Source of the DNA: Eledone cirrhosa
Taxonomy: Eukaryota
Length of the DNA stretch: 64,000 nt
Direction of reading: 5' to 3'
NCBI GenBank assembly: GCA_964016885.1
Contig: OZ024743.1
Span: 262,632,001-262,696,000 of the forward strand
The translations under genes were made by a program, and so were the position numbers. The notes beneath the pieces were generated by a model that saw nothing but the letters and a program-made list of their open reading frames with translations, was not told where the DNA came from and searched no databases. The first letter of the stretch is position 1, and each line of letters begins with the position of its first letter. Shown here one piece after another: positions 37,493 to 50,957 of this stretch.

Positions 37493-40356
37493 TCAGGTTA
37501 TCAATAATGTAGTGATAATATATCGTTACGTTAGAGATGAACAGCGTACGTGCAGGTTTGCTCAACGAGTATAAATTATATTCCGGAGAAATGTAGAAAG
37601 GATGAATATAAAATGAAAGTGCTTTTGTTAAAAAAGGAATTTATTAGGTATTGACATATGTTTCTGTAACAGACCGAATACCTATGTATCGCTGCTTGCG
37701 TAATCATATAATGTTAGCAAGTATTCGATAGCAAATGTATAATCAGTTGTCACTTCTTCAGAGATTTTGGATAAACTGGATAAAATCAGAAAAATTGAAG
37801 TATTTATATTAGTAAAAGAGGAAGGAACAGAGGGGATAGAATATGACAGATGGTAAAATAATTTACTGCTAAACAAGTATATAATGGGTTTTTACTGAGA
37901 ATACCATGAGTAAATCTAAATAAGAATTTTGGGGGTGCCGATTTTAATCTCTACTTGACCAACTGGACAGTGGACAGGGCTGGTCATTTGGTGCAGTAGT
38001 ATTAATCATAAAGTGTCAATTGGGGAAGGGGGAGATTTCGATTGCTACTAAATAACATCAATGCTAGTGGTCAGCTGGTATTTGCTCTAGGGAATTGAAT
38101 CAAAAAATCAGAAATCTCATTTTATCTGTAGCAGTTTGTATTAAAAGGTAAATAATAGAAGAGTTGATAGAATTAAGACTAATAAAGAATGTTCATATCT
38201 ATTTTGACAATCAAACGGGGATAGAGACAGGCGTTCAATCCTGGTAGTATTTATAATATGAAAATGTAGATTTTAAGCGATGGTTACAGTATAACGATCG
38301 CTCTATTCTGTTATTTAATAAAATGTTTTTGGATTTCATAATACAAAATAATTCTACATTACATAATCTACAAAATTCCTGTCCATTGGAATATGGGGGG
38401 GCAGTCGCTATTATATCCCATTTTAGGTGAAATTGTTGGTTATTTTCACGCAGCTGCCAAGCCTTGTCTGCGAGTGTTGTTACATAACGCTGGTTTTCAT
38501 GTTTTATCGAATAACGATGTCTATAAAGGCGTGATTTAAAGGAGGTGGCTGTAGATCCCACATAGTACCACTTCTGTCTATCCGATTCGATAGTACATTT
38601 GTATACGATGTTGCGTTCAAGACACTGGTTGTTCAACGGACACATTCCTGGTTGGACACAGTTGCAATTACAATTTTGCGTTGTTGTATTGCCATGGATG
38701 GGTTGATGAGGTTGCTTATGTAGAACAGGATGTTGTTTGTTGTTTTGTGATGTTATAGCTAATGTTTTACGTGTATTGTTATGTCTTGGAAGGCGTTTAT
38801 ACAACCGTTTTGCGTTAAGCATTTTTATATGTTGTTCAATATTAGGGGCGGTTGAATATGAAAGTCGGATGGTGTTAGGGTTTAAGATTTTATTATATTT
38901 ATGTGATGTTGGAAAGTGTTTTCTAACTAATCGAAAGAATTTTGAGGGTAGATTGGTTTTAATAGATTTGTTATAGACCGGGTTGTACCAGATATACTCC
39001 TTACATCGCCTTCTGTTTGGTGGTGTGCGACTATTATTGTGTCTATTGCGGTAGTGTATGTATGGTGGTGATTCTGTGCTATTTCTACTCCTATGTGATT
39101 TATTTTGGGTGTTTTGGTGATCATTGACTATATACTCTATATTATCTAGGTGACCGGCTTTCCTAAGTGCATCATCATAATACTCGGCATGTTCTTTGAA
39201 GGTTTGTTGGTTGGACGATAGGCGGGAGATTCTAAGAGAAACATTTCTAGGGATGGATTTAATTATAGAGAGTGGATGGTTAGAACTCGTATTTACATAT
39301 TTAAGGTTCTCATTTAGTTTATGGAACGGTTTAATCGTATCAGTATTGAGATTGAAAGTAACATCAAGGAAATTGACCTCTTTGAGGTTATATTCAAATG
39401 TAATATTTAATCCTAGTTCTTTAAAAAGTTTTCTGATATTTTTACGCATCCTTTCTAAATTCTGGTTATTCATATTCTTAACTAATAGGAGCGCATCGTC
39501 ACGGTAAATTCCACCGTGGAGATCCTTGAATTTTCCTTGTAATCTGTGGGTGATATAAATTCCCACAAGATCTGTTACCTCCGCCGAATCATTAGAACCC
39601 ATAGTGATATCAAAATTAGAAGGTCTATCTTTGCGAACCCAGTAGCTTTCATCGAATTTAACTATAGTTTTTCTCGCTTCCATAATAATTTTAATTTCAG
39701 CATCCGTAAGGTCGGAATTATCCTTAGCGAACGAAAGAGCTTCATGTAGAGTATCAGGTGAAATTGAGGAATAATATTCATCAATATCAAACTGAATAAA
39801 TTTTGATTTTTTCTTATCAGTAATGTTGTTAAACCATCTTATTGCTTCATGAGTGTTACCCCATAGTTTAATCTCTACTTTAACCTTAACTTGGGGGATA
39901 ATTCTGTCTAGTATATATTTGCTAATTTTACCTATATCAGATTTAGAGGGGCATATAAGTCTAATATTAGGGTTAGTATCGAAGTTTACCTTGTGGTCCT
40001 TCAGGTTGAAGGATGGTATAGCTGGTGTTAAGGGTTGCGTTCTATCGTCAATACAAAGTTTTTTAACAATATCACATGCCGAGTTGTTGATGTTTTTAAG
40101 TGTGGCTTCATTAGTTTTCCTGTATTTTTTATGCAATTCCTTACGGATGAAGTTATTCAATTTTTCTGATTTTATCCAGTTTATCCAAAATCTCTGAAGA
40201 AGTGACAACTGATTATACATTTGCTATCGAATACTTGCTAACATTATATGATTACGCAAGCAGCGATACATAGGTATTCGGTCTGTTACAGAAACATATG
40301 TCAATACCTAATAAATTCCTTTTTTAACAAAAGCACTTTCATTTTATATTCATCCT

Positions 40357-40361
<5 letters not shown>
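37487..40361 (-). mobile_element. Young PLE (Hydra-like) with about 205-bp inverted pLTRs in (TA)n
   Basis: 37594-37799 is the reverse complement of 40156-40361. Confidence 0.92.
38235..40155 (-). CDS. PLE RT plus GIY-YIG, uninterrupted about 640 aa, N-terminus truncated
   Basis: LKDHK..RLICP, FDIDEYYSSI, ITMGS, YRDD, NFLDVTF, CNCVQPGMCPL, IVY..YYVGST, CRLC..C.H. Confidence 0.92.
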
Positions 40362-40393
<32 letters not shown>

Positions 40394-40623
40394 TATACAC
40401 ACACACATTTTTCTTTTAGTTTACTGTTTTCAATCATTAGATTGTGGCCATGCTGGGGCACAACCTTAAAGAGATTTAGTTGATCTTATCAACATCAGTG
40501 TTTATACAATGTTTCTGGGTTCTATTACACTGCACAGAACATTTGGAAAATATGTTTTACTATAGCCTCATGTTGATCAATACCATGTGAATAGAATTTG
40601 GTAGCCAGAGACCTTGCCCATCA

Positions 40624-40656
<33 letters not shown>

Positions 40657-42230
40657 ATACATATGTGTGTGTTGGCTCAAGGGAATGGTATATGTGAATG
40701 TGAAAGTGATGTTGGTGGTAGAGGGATTTGTGGCTACTTGTGTTGTTTAGCAAAACAATCTTTCTTTCCTTCTGTTGTTGTTTAACCTCATGTTGGCCCT
40801 GACTGAGCAGACTTATAATCAAAGGAATTCTGGCACTGGTTATACCATCTTGATTTCAGGAATAATGTATCTGGGTCAACATTTGTTAATGTATTGTCCT
40901 CTCTTTTAAGACAAAAGGGGGAAATATGAGGAATATTTGGTTGCTATTTCTAGCAGGCTGAATGCTCCCATACAGGTGCTTTCATTGATTTAGTCATAGC
41001 ATAGTTGTTAAAGATGGTTAAACAGACACATTGTAAAACAATTTTCTGATGGAATTTTAAAATATTTAGGCAGATACTCTCACAAAATGTTTGCAGCCCC
41101 TAGTCAAATATTTGAACAATTGAAGCAGGGAGGTCCCCTAAAGTCAGGGCTACAGAAACAGAAGGTATTCCCTTTACATGAGGTTGGCAGTTGATGGTAC
41201 TTTAGGGAGATGTCAAAAACTATAAGTTTGTTTGTTGATGTTATGCTAAATACCAAACATTTGGCTCTTGACCCACAAGAATCTTCCATCACCCCTCTAT
41301 CTATATATACATAAATACATACGTTTATATATATATATATAGGTAGGTTAGGTTGGTAGGTAGAAATACATACATACATACATGTGTGCATGTGTATTTA
41401 CACATACACACGCAGGTATATATGTAAACTCATCTGTATGTATGTATGTATGTATTTATGTATGTATGTATGTATGTATGTATGTATGTATGTATTTATG
41501 TATGTATGTATACTCTTCAAACAAAAAGCAAAGGGTTCACAGCCAGTCCCAATACTTAAATTCTTTAACAGATGTTTTCTTTGTGAAAGATTTTTGGTAA
41601 TTTCTTGAAGATACAAACATACATATACATACATGCATTCAAACATATATGCATACACATATACATCTTGACATATGAATACATACACCTTCAAAGTGAC
41701 ATATAAGAAAGTTTCAGATAATATTTTTGAAAAAGAGACATACATATATATGTGGAGGCATGGCTACATGGTTAAAAGTTTGCTTCGTAACGATGTAATT
41801 CCAAGTTTGATGCCACTCTGCAACACTTTAGGCAAATGTCTTCTACTTCGGATTTTGGATCACCAATGCCTTTCCAGAAGAATCTGGTGTGTAGAAATTG
41901 AGCAGAAAACCATCATATATATATATGATCGAAAATGGATATAAATGGTGATGATGATACTATTTGTATCTCTCTCTCATACATATATATATATATATAT
42001 ATATCATCATTTCAGTTTAATGTCAATTTTTCCATGCTTGCATGGATTAGACAGGTCGTTCATGCTGAGAGATAAGTCTGGCCAGGGTTGGCCATGTGTC
42101 GCACCTTCCTCCAGTGAGGACCATAAATTTCGCTGAGTATTTTACAGCTGGATGCCCTTCCTAACACCAACCACATTTACAGTGTGGAACTAAATCTATC
42201 TATCTATCTCTCTCTCTATATATATATATA

Positions 42231-42795
42231 TCATAATCATCATCATCATAATCATCATCATTTTACGTCAGCTTTTCCCTGCTTGCAAGGATGGGACGGG
42301 TCTTATTTGGCACAGCATCTCTTCCTTGTCACGGTCCTTCGTCATCTCCACCGTGAGCTTCAGCAATCTGAGGTCTATTCTCACCACCTCCGCCCATGTT
42401 TTTCGTGGTCTACCTCTACTGCGTCTTCCTTCAACTGGCATTTCCTGGCACTTCTTCACCCATCGGTCATCCTCCATGCGCATCACATGTCCATACCACT
42501 GCAGTCTCTTCTCTCGCACACTACATTCTATTCCTCTTAGACACAGTTTCTCTCTCAACACATTCATGCTGGGTCGTTCATGCACATTAACATTGCACAT
42601 CCAACGGAGCATGCTTGCCTCGTTTCTCTCCAGCCGTCGCATATTCTCTGTAGTTGCTGCCCAAGTCTCACTACTATACAGCATCGCGCTCCTCACACAG
42701 GCATCATATAACCGGCCTTTCGAATGCAGGGAGAAACCCTTCTTCGTCAGCAGAGGAAGCAGCTCCCTAAACTTCTTCCAACCCGTCCTTATTCT
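42231..42795 (-). mobile_element. RTE 3' fragment
   Basis: AMLYSSETWA..RRLERNEASMLRWMC..WYGHVMRM..GRPRKTW; (CAT)n-like tail. Confidence 0.9.
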
Positions 42796-43072
42796 ACATA
42801 CTATGTGTTTCTCTCTATATATTGTTTATAACTCCCTTTGGTCGAGTAACCTTTGAAGTGTAGTGACTGCTGGATAGCTACCATTACTCATACTTCTCAC
42901 CTCCTCAAACCACCTCTTCTACGGCTTTGATATGAATACCCCTCCGCCTCCGTGGTATTTTTTTCATGGTTATAAGGGGCTTAGCTCTGTTTCTTGACTG
43001 CTGTATCACGTGATTGACTCTCCCTCCGCCTTTTCGAGTTTCTATCTCGTGCATTGCAGACGTGTTTTGAAA

Positions 43073-43180
43073 TCCTTAATGAGGTATCCTCTTGATAAGT
43101 CGGCAGAACCTCACAAAGGCTCTATATCTCTATGATCTAATGTTTTTGCATAATATGCCACGAAACTACATAGTCGGGGA
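43073..43180 (+). ncRNA. Degenerate hammerhead with long stem II insertion
   Basis: TCC TTAATGA GGTAT...ATGCC AC GAAA CTACATAG TC GGGGA. Confidence 0.45.
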
Positions 43181-44689
43181 CTATAGAAACAGCTAGGTAT
43201 GATATATCTTATTACTAATTATATCTAATGTTTCTTCTCTCTTCATAATGTACTTTATAGCTGTGATACTGAATCAATCTAATCCATTCGGATTGTTTTG
43301 TCCCAGTTATTCATAGAGCAACATCGGTTGAGGTTGGCACCACTAACTCAGTGATATGTGTAGATATATTCATGTGTGTGTATGTGTCCGCATGTATCTG
43401 TGTATGCAGCATACATCTAGTATGCACCTCTTAACCACTACTCTCCCTCCCCCTTCCATACACCTCCAACACCCAAGCACCCCACCCATATCTGATGACA
43501 TCACTCTTACATTGTAAAATTCTCGTGTTGGTATCACAAAATGCATTCAGCATGCACTGTAAATGTGGTTGGTGTTAGGAAGGGTATCCAGCCATAGAAA
43601 CCAAGTCAGAAACAGTTCTGTATGAGCAAGATACGCTCACTTGACCTGACTTGCCTCAAACGGGACAACCCATCTATTCATGCTAGTGTGGAAAACAGAC
43701 ATTAAACGATGATGATGATGATAGTGATGATATATATGTATATGTATATATATAAGACAGTATATATAAAAAAAAACACAAAGAGGAATGTGTTGAATTA
43801 TAGGGGATAGAATACCACCAGAGTGAAAAACATATTGTCTACAAAAGTAATGAAAAATACATATCAATTAAAAGAATAAATTAAAATGCACAAACTAACC
43901 TTTTATAACTATAAACACCTGGACAAACTCTAATAAGAGAATGTTTCACTATAAGTGAGGATCCCATACCCAGGGCTTATCAACAGGTGTATAACAGTAC
44001 GATCCTCACTTCTAAAATTATATCAGATAACTAAAATAACGCATATGGTGTAAAGAGAACAAAACAAGTGTGCTAAACAGTCCATAGTGGGGTGAATGGG
44101 CCAAAAGACCGCTAGAAATAGCAGCCCAGAACTATTCACTTAAGAAGCTCTACTTACATAAAGAAATTAATTAGGAGCCAGTAAATCAAATTTAAAAAAA
44201 AGCATTTTAGTACTGATACAGTGTACCCATTTTAAACCAGATACATACAGTACTATATACATATATATATATCATATTTTAAAAAACAGTTAAAAACTTG
44301 TGTTAATTTATTCTTTTAATTGATATTTATTTTCCATTCCTTTCATAGAAAATATGTTTTTCATTCTGGTGTTATTCTATCCCCTATAATTCAACACATA
44401 CTGCTTTGTGTTTTTTTCTATATATATTGTATTATAAAGAGCCCTGATTCTATTCCTTGAGCTTATTAAATTACAGGTGGTTAACACAAGTTTTTAACTC
44501 TGTTTTTTTTTTTATTTGATATATATATACATATATGTATATAGTACAGTATGTATCTGGTTTAAAATGGGTACACTGTATCAGGGCTAAAATGATTGGT
44601 ACCATGAAGGGCATCCAGCTGTAAAAGTTGCCTCAAAAAGGAGCCCATGAGGAGAATCATGTCACAAAGTTCATGTGTGGTTCAGTCCT

Positions 44690-45250
44690 TAGTCCCTTTC
44701 TATTCATTATAGTCCTCCAGTGCCATAACAAAGGAGATTATGATTGGCTGCTTGTGGGAATTCATATATGTTGATGATCTAACTTCCATAACTGAATCTG
44801 TGGCAAAATTAGAGAAGAAATTCTCGACAAAACCTGGAATTGAAAGCCCTCAGAGTGAGCTTCGTAAAGACTAAAGTTTTACTATGAAATAAAACAAAGC
44901 ACTGATTCCATCAAGAAACTGACTGTACTCAATATGAAAAAAAGGAGTTGGTAGGAATTCCATACCATGTACAAAATGTAAACTTTGGGGATACAAGAGA
45001 TGTAACGGAATCTTGAGGAGGCTAACAAAGAGTATAGACTTTGTATGTGACAGATGCATAGGAGTAGTAAACAGTAAGGTACTCTCAAATGCTCAGATGG
45101 GCCCCTTAGAAGTCATTGACTACTTTTGCTTCTTGGATGATCTCATTAACAGTGGAGCTGGATGTTTCAAAAGTACAGTAGCTAGAGTAAGAACTGGTTT
45201 GAAAAAGTTCAGGGAGCTACTAACTCTGCTGGCTACAAAGTGGTTCTCTT
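44690..45250 (+). pseudogene. Decayed RTE RT plus PHD fragment
   Basis: WEFIYVDDL, GVGRNSIPCTKCKLW..RC..FVCDRC, ARVRTGLKKFREL. Confidence 0.8.
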
Positions 45251-46013
45251 TTATCATCCTCAACTATGTCTTTCTTGTTTTTTTTTTCCTTTCTTTACTT
45301 CGTTCCTCATTCATTTCCATCACTTCTCTCACCCAGTCACTTTCATCCTACCTCAACACATGACCCAACCATTTCTTTCTATTTCTCTACCCAACATTCA
45401 TCACTGGCTCTATTCCTACCATTCCTTTCACCCAGTCCACCTTCGTCCTTCTTCACCACATGACCCAACCATCTTATTCCATTTCTCTTTATAATATTGA
45501 CCTCTGGCTCATCCTCTGCAACACATTGTTTCTCTTCTTCTCTTTCAGTATTATCCTACTCATCCACTGAACCATGTTCATTTTCATTCTCTCCAGCTTT
45601 CTCTGCTGCTCTATGTCTATAACCCTTGTGCCCATAAATCATGGTGAGTATGATTACAAATAAAACAGACAGAAAATGGGAAACAAAAATGTAATGAAAG
45701 TGACAGAAAACATCACCTGCTTGCTATTAAGATTTAAGACCAAATGAAAACTTTCAAATTAAAATGGTATTTAGATATTTACTACTGATCCACCATTTTG
45801 TAAAGTTCAGCATCAACAGTATGTTGCTGTATTAATCAATGATAAAGAAGCTATCTTTTGTACATATGTATATTTGTATGTGTATATCTTTAGCTTCCTC
45901 TCAAGATTTAAGGCCAAAATAGAAATGTTTGGATTAAAATTGCATGTAGATATTTCATATGAAGCTGCTATTGCAGAATTCAGCATCTATATTTTACTGT
46001 ATCAATGAATCAT

Positions 46014-46185
46014 AATTGTTTCTACTTTTGGCACAAGGCCAGCAATTACCCAGTGCATTACTGGTACTTTATTTTATCGACCCCGTAAGGTTGAAAGGCA
46101 AAGTTAACCTCGACGGGATTTGAACTCAGACCATAAAGGGCCGTAACTCTTTGCTGCAAAGCATGGCGTCCGACGCTCTACCGAT
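46014..46185 (-). mobile_element. SINE family 1
   Basis: Near-identical to 35667-35857. Confidence 0.85.
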
Positions 46186-47124
46186 CTACATTTTGTATAT
46201 ATGCATGTATATTTGTATATGTAAATCTTCTGCCAATGTATATTGATAAAGAATTTAAACATCATCAAGATGAGAAAATGGTGATTTTTGTATGAATTTC
46301 CTTGTGATATTTGTAACACACTGTTACTGGTATTCACTATTCACTCCTGCCATTAAAAAAGTAGTGAACCACTGATTGGTCCATTGTAAACCTGTAAGGA
46401 AAGATGTTATTGTTAACAAATTATAGTATGAAATGAAAATAAATAATATACATGGGAAAAAAACTCTCACATACACAGAGATATATGGCAAAAATTGATA
46501 TATGTTCTGGACTCACAAAAAAAAGGCGATCTGTCATGACTATGAGAGCTTTACAGATAACATACCACAATGTGCTAATGAGAATAATAGTAAAATAAAT
46601 GTTTATTCTCAATACATGTTTTTCACTCACAACGTTGGTTTAAAATCATTGATAATTACATAAATATGGAAAAAAAAGATAAAAACAAAATTAAGTAATG
46701 AGAAAAAGAGGAAGAGGTAAAGAAAGGCACATATGGCTGTATTGGAAAGGACTATAAATGCCATAAATGAGAGGAAAAGGAGGGCAAAAGCAAGGACTCT
46801 TGGGCCACAGAAGAAAGGGAGGGGAAGGGGAGAAGGTGATGGGCTCTGGGGCCAAAGCAGGGCGGTGTTTGATCTATGCCCTGCGGACAAAATTGCAAAG
46901 GCATTTCAGTGGACAATGGCCAGTGACACCTGCTGCAACAGCCACCTCACCTTGCATGGCTCTTTTCTCAGATGGTCTGCTGGTGTTCCAAGTTTGCGGA
47001 AGCACTCAACAGTATGGGGTCCGAGGGTGGTTGAGGTCTCCACGGCGACTGGTGTGAAGAGGAAGCAGCTAGACAAGCCCCGGTATTTGTTTCTCTTTCT
47101 GTCCTCTGCATGTCACAGTATTTA

Positions 47125-47290
47125 TAGGTCGGGCGCCATGCTTTGAAGCGTAGAGTTACCTCCCTTTATGATCTGAGTTCAAATCCCGCCGAGGTTAACT
47201 TTGCCTTTCATCCTTATGGAGTCGATAAAATATAGTACCAGTAATGCACTGAGATAATTGCTGGCCTTGTACCAAAAGTAGAAACAATTA
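47125..47290 (+). mobile_element. SINE family 1, 5'-truncated, TSD TATTTATAGGT
   Basis: B-box GAGTTCAAATCC and shared body. Confidence 0.85.
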
Positions 47291-48504
47291 TTTATAGGTA
47301 AAACTTTAACTTTCTGTCAGCATTTCTTTCAAACACTTAATTATTAAGTATATCCACACACCCACCCATACAAAAACAGAGAAACCTTTTCTTTAATGGC
47401 TATCAAATATTGTTTTATTAATTCTTTAAAAAATTAAAAAATAAAAACTTACTGATTTTTCCTAGAATTCCTTCAAGAGTTCTTTTGAATTTTTATTTAA
47501 CAACATCATACTGAAGAGAAACTAAAATCTTTTAAACAGAATCTGTCTGTGATTGTAGAAGGAAAAAAAGCTAAATTAACTGATTAAAAATAAATAACGA
47601 AAATAGATATTGTTTTTTAACTATTAAATATTTTATAAAAAGAAGATTAGTGCAACTAATATTACTTCTCCTGTAATGAATAGTTAATGAGAAGTAACTT
47701 TACATTATGTATATATATATAATCATATATATATATATATATTTAGTTATGGAATTTTAGTGAATTGGCCATAGGGTTATTCACTCCAGCAAATACCACT
47801 ACATGCCAACCACTAATTTAATTTGTTTAGAAGATGTAAAAGAAATGACGATGTAGTAATTGAAACATGACGAATACTTCGGAAAAGTGTATCAGTAACG
47901 ATTTGCATTTATTGAAGTAGCTTGTTACAATGTTGGTAGTGAAACGTACCTCGTGCCATGATGTGGTGTAATCCTGAGGTATAGGATAGGATTAGAAAAA
48001 GTTTAGCATCTGTGCTTGGTGTGGTCAGTTCTAGAGCCGTTGGTGAAAGAGAGTATACCTTTGGCGTAATGATGCCTGGCCTTAAGGCCAGGCAGCCAAG
48101 AGGTGGAAAAGAGGGAGATTGTCCTTTGCTCCTTCTTTTATAATCTCTGAAACGGAAGTTCAAGGAGTTTTCTAGAAATTCTACGGGAAGTAACCTTTGT
48201 CTAGAGAGCGCTACATAATAAACAACATAAGATAATTATTTCATTTACCAATGGTTTCTTGAAAGCAACCAAAATTGCTTTCATTCATCAGAATGAAAAG
48301 ATTTGAAAAAAAAAATATAACAGACATGAAAGTGAGGCTGGAGGAAAAAAAAGAGGGGGGGGGGGGGGGCGGGGGGCGGGGAAGAATAATAAATAAGAAT
48401 ATATAATAACACACACGTACACACACTCACGCACTCACATATACACACATATATACACATATATACACGCATATATACACATATATATACACAGGGACAC
48501 ATAT

Positions 48505-48535
<31 letters not shown>

Positions 48536-48558
48536 CATATCCATACATAAACACACCA

Positions 48559-48638
<80 letters not shown>

Positions 48639-48658
48639 GCACACACATACATATATAT

Positions 48659-50316
48659 ATAAACGTTTGTATTTGTAAAGCCAAAACAATACAAACAAAT
48701 GCAAAAGATATTGTTGACAATTAGTCTTTTACCTTAAATTTGTTTAAATGTCCTTAATTTTCGAGATAATATCTCTTCTTCGGAGGGAAGTAAAGCGGTT
48801 AAACCAGCGTTCTAAATAGCTTGCCAAGTCATGCTGACAGGAAATGCCATAGAGTATCTGTTCTATCTCTAATGTCAAAGAGTAGTCCCCCCTTAAAAGG
48901 GGTTTTGTACATGTATGTTTAAGTGTGTGGGAGATTACGTGAAGGTGTAAGTGTGTGTGTGTGTGTGTGCGTGTGTGTGTGTGTGCGTGTGTGTGTGTGT
49001 GTGAGTGTGAGAAGATATGTCTATACGTAAATGTGAGGGATAGATGCTTTCTCGTGTTAGAACTGGTCTTTGTGTGTGTATGTGTGTGAGTGAGAGAGAA
49101 TAAGTGGAGGTGTAAGCGCGCGCGTGTGTGTGTGTGTGTGTCTGTGTGTGTGGGGGTGTATGTATGGGGCTAGATGATCTATCAAGTTATAAATTGGGTG
49201 TTGAGTTCTAGTCTATTATTGATTGGTGGTTGTGTTTTGTCTATAATCAGTGCTTCTTAATTCTAAGATTGCCGAGGTTTCTTTCCTTAGTTTCTATCCT
49301 AACTGTTATGGTTTTGTCGGAGTTTTTGCATTTCACTAGGTGTTTCTTAAATGAGGATGCGTTAGTATTGAGGTGTTCTGTTATTCTTATGTGAAGTTGT
49401 CTGGTGGTGCTACCTACGTAGAAGTTGCTGCATTTGTCGCACTCTAGTCTGTATACGACGTAAGCCTGGTGGCATAAGTCTGTGTCGTTGATGGGGTAGT
49501 TGGCTAGCCTGCAGCGGCTGTCATGTCTTTTGGTTAGCTGTCCGCGTAGAGAAGGTCCTGAGTGGGCTAGTTGGATATCTAGTCCCGCTCGTCTGATAGC
49601 TCTGCCGATGGCTGTTGTTGTTTCGTCACTGAAGTGTGGGAGCTTCAGGAAGCAAGTGTTAGTGCCTCGGGTGTGGTGTCCTCTGTTATTTCTGGCATGG
49701 TTCGTGGTGGATGTCGGGTATCCGTTCAGTTTGAGTACTTCCAGTAAATGTGTGGTGTGTGTGTCTCGGTCTCTAGCGTCGGTGCATTTATTCCGGATAC
49801 GTGTTAGTTCGTTCCTTATGTATCCGAACTTAGCGCCGGCTGGGAAGGCCGATCTGAAATGTACGAACAGGTCCCTGCTGGCGGCCTTTTTATAGAAGCA
49901 GGTATGGATGTTGCCTTCTTCTGTTACCCTGAGTTGGAAGTCCAGTAGGGATAGGGATCCGCGGTCATTGGGGTGTTCCATGCTGAACTTTATACTGGCG
50001 TCCATGCTGGAGAATGTCGTGTATATACACGACATTCTCCACATATACACGACATTCTCCAGCATGGACGCCAGTATAAAGTAGCACCACCAGACCACTT
50101 CACATAAGAATAAAAGAACACCGCAATACTAATGCTTCCTCATTTAAGAAACACCTAGTGAAATGCAAAAACACCGACAAAACCATAACAGTTAGGATAG
50201 AAACTAAGGAAAGAAACCTCACAATCTTAGAATTAAGGAAGCACTGATTATAGAACTCAACACCCAATTTATAACTTGATAGAGCATATAGCCCCATACT
50301 TACACCCCCTCCACAC

Positions 50317-50354
<38 letters not shown>

Positions 50355-50840
50355 ACACGCGCTTACACCTCCACTTATTCTCTCTCTCACACACACATAC
50401 ACACACAAAGACCAGTTCTAACACGAGAGATCATCCATCCCCCACATTTACGTATAGACATATCTTCTCACACTCACACTCACACACACACACACACACA
50501 CATACTTACACCTTCACGTATTCTCCCACACACTTAAACATACATGTACAAAACCCCTTTTAAAGGGAGACTACTCTTTATCCACCTAACCTTCACTCTT
50601 TGACATTAGAGATAGAACAGATACTCTACACCATTTCCTGCCAGCATGACTTGGCAAGCTATTTAGAACGCTGGTTTAACCGCTTTACTTCCCTCCGAAG
50701 AAGAGATATTATCTCGAAAATTAAGGACATTTAAATAAATTTAAGGTAAAAGACTAATTGTCAACAATATCTTTTGCATTTGCATTTATATTCTATATCC
50801 ATACCTGCATTGTTTTGGCTTTACAAATACAAACGTTTAT
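48659..50840 (-). mobile_element. 5'-truncated PLE with about 750-bp diverged inverted repeats
   Basis: 48659-49413 versus 50081-50840; ORF 49247-50020 with IKFSMEHP, SLLDF, YKK, VVY..FYVGST; (TA)n flanks. Confidence 0.88.
48752..48786 (-). ncRNA. Minimal hammerhead-like motif (CCGAAGA variant); mirror copy at 50692-50726 on +
   Basis: CCT CCGAAGA A GAGAT ATT ATCTC GAAA ATTA AGG. Confidence 0.55.
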
Positions 50841-50866
50841 ATCTCATTACACAATGCTTCAAGTGA

Positions 50867-50954
<88 letters not shown>

Positions 50955-50957
<3 letters not shown>

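Noticed and set aside
47452-47545. Minus-strand segment with strong acceptor and GTAAGT donor
   Set aside because: Stops in all three frames; at best a non-coding exon
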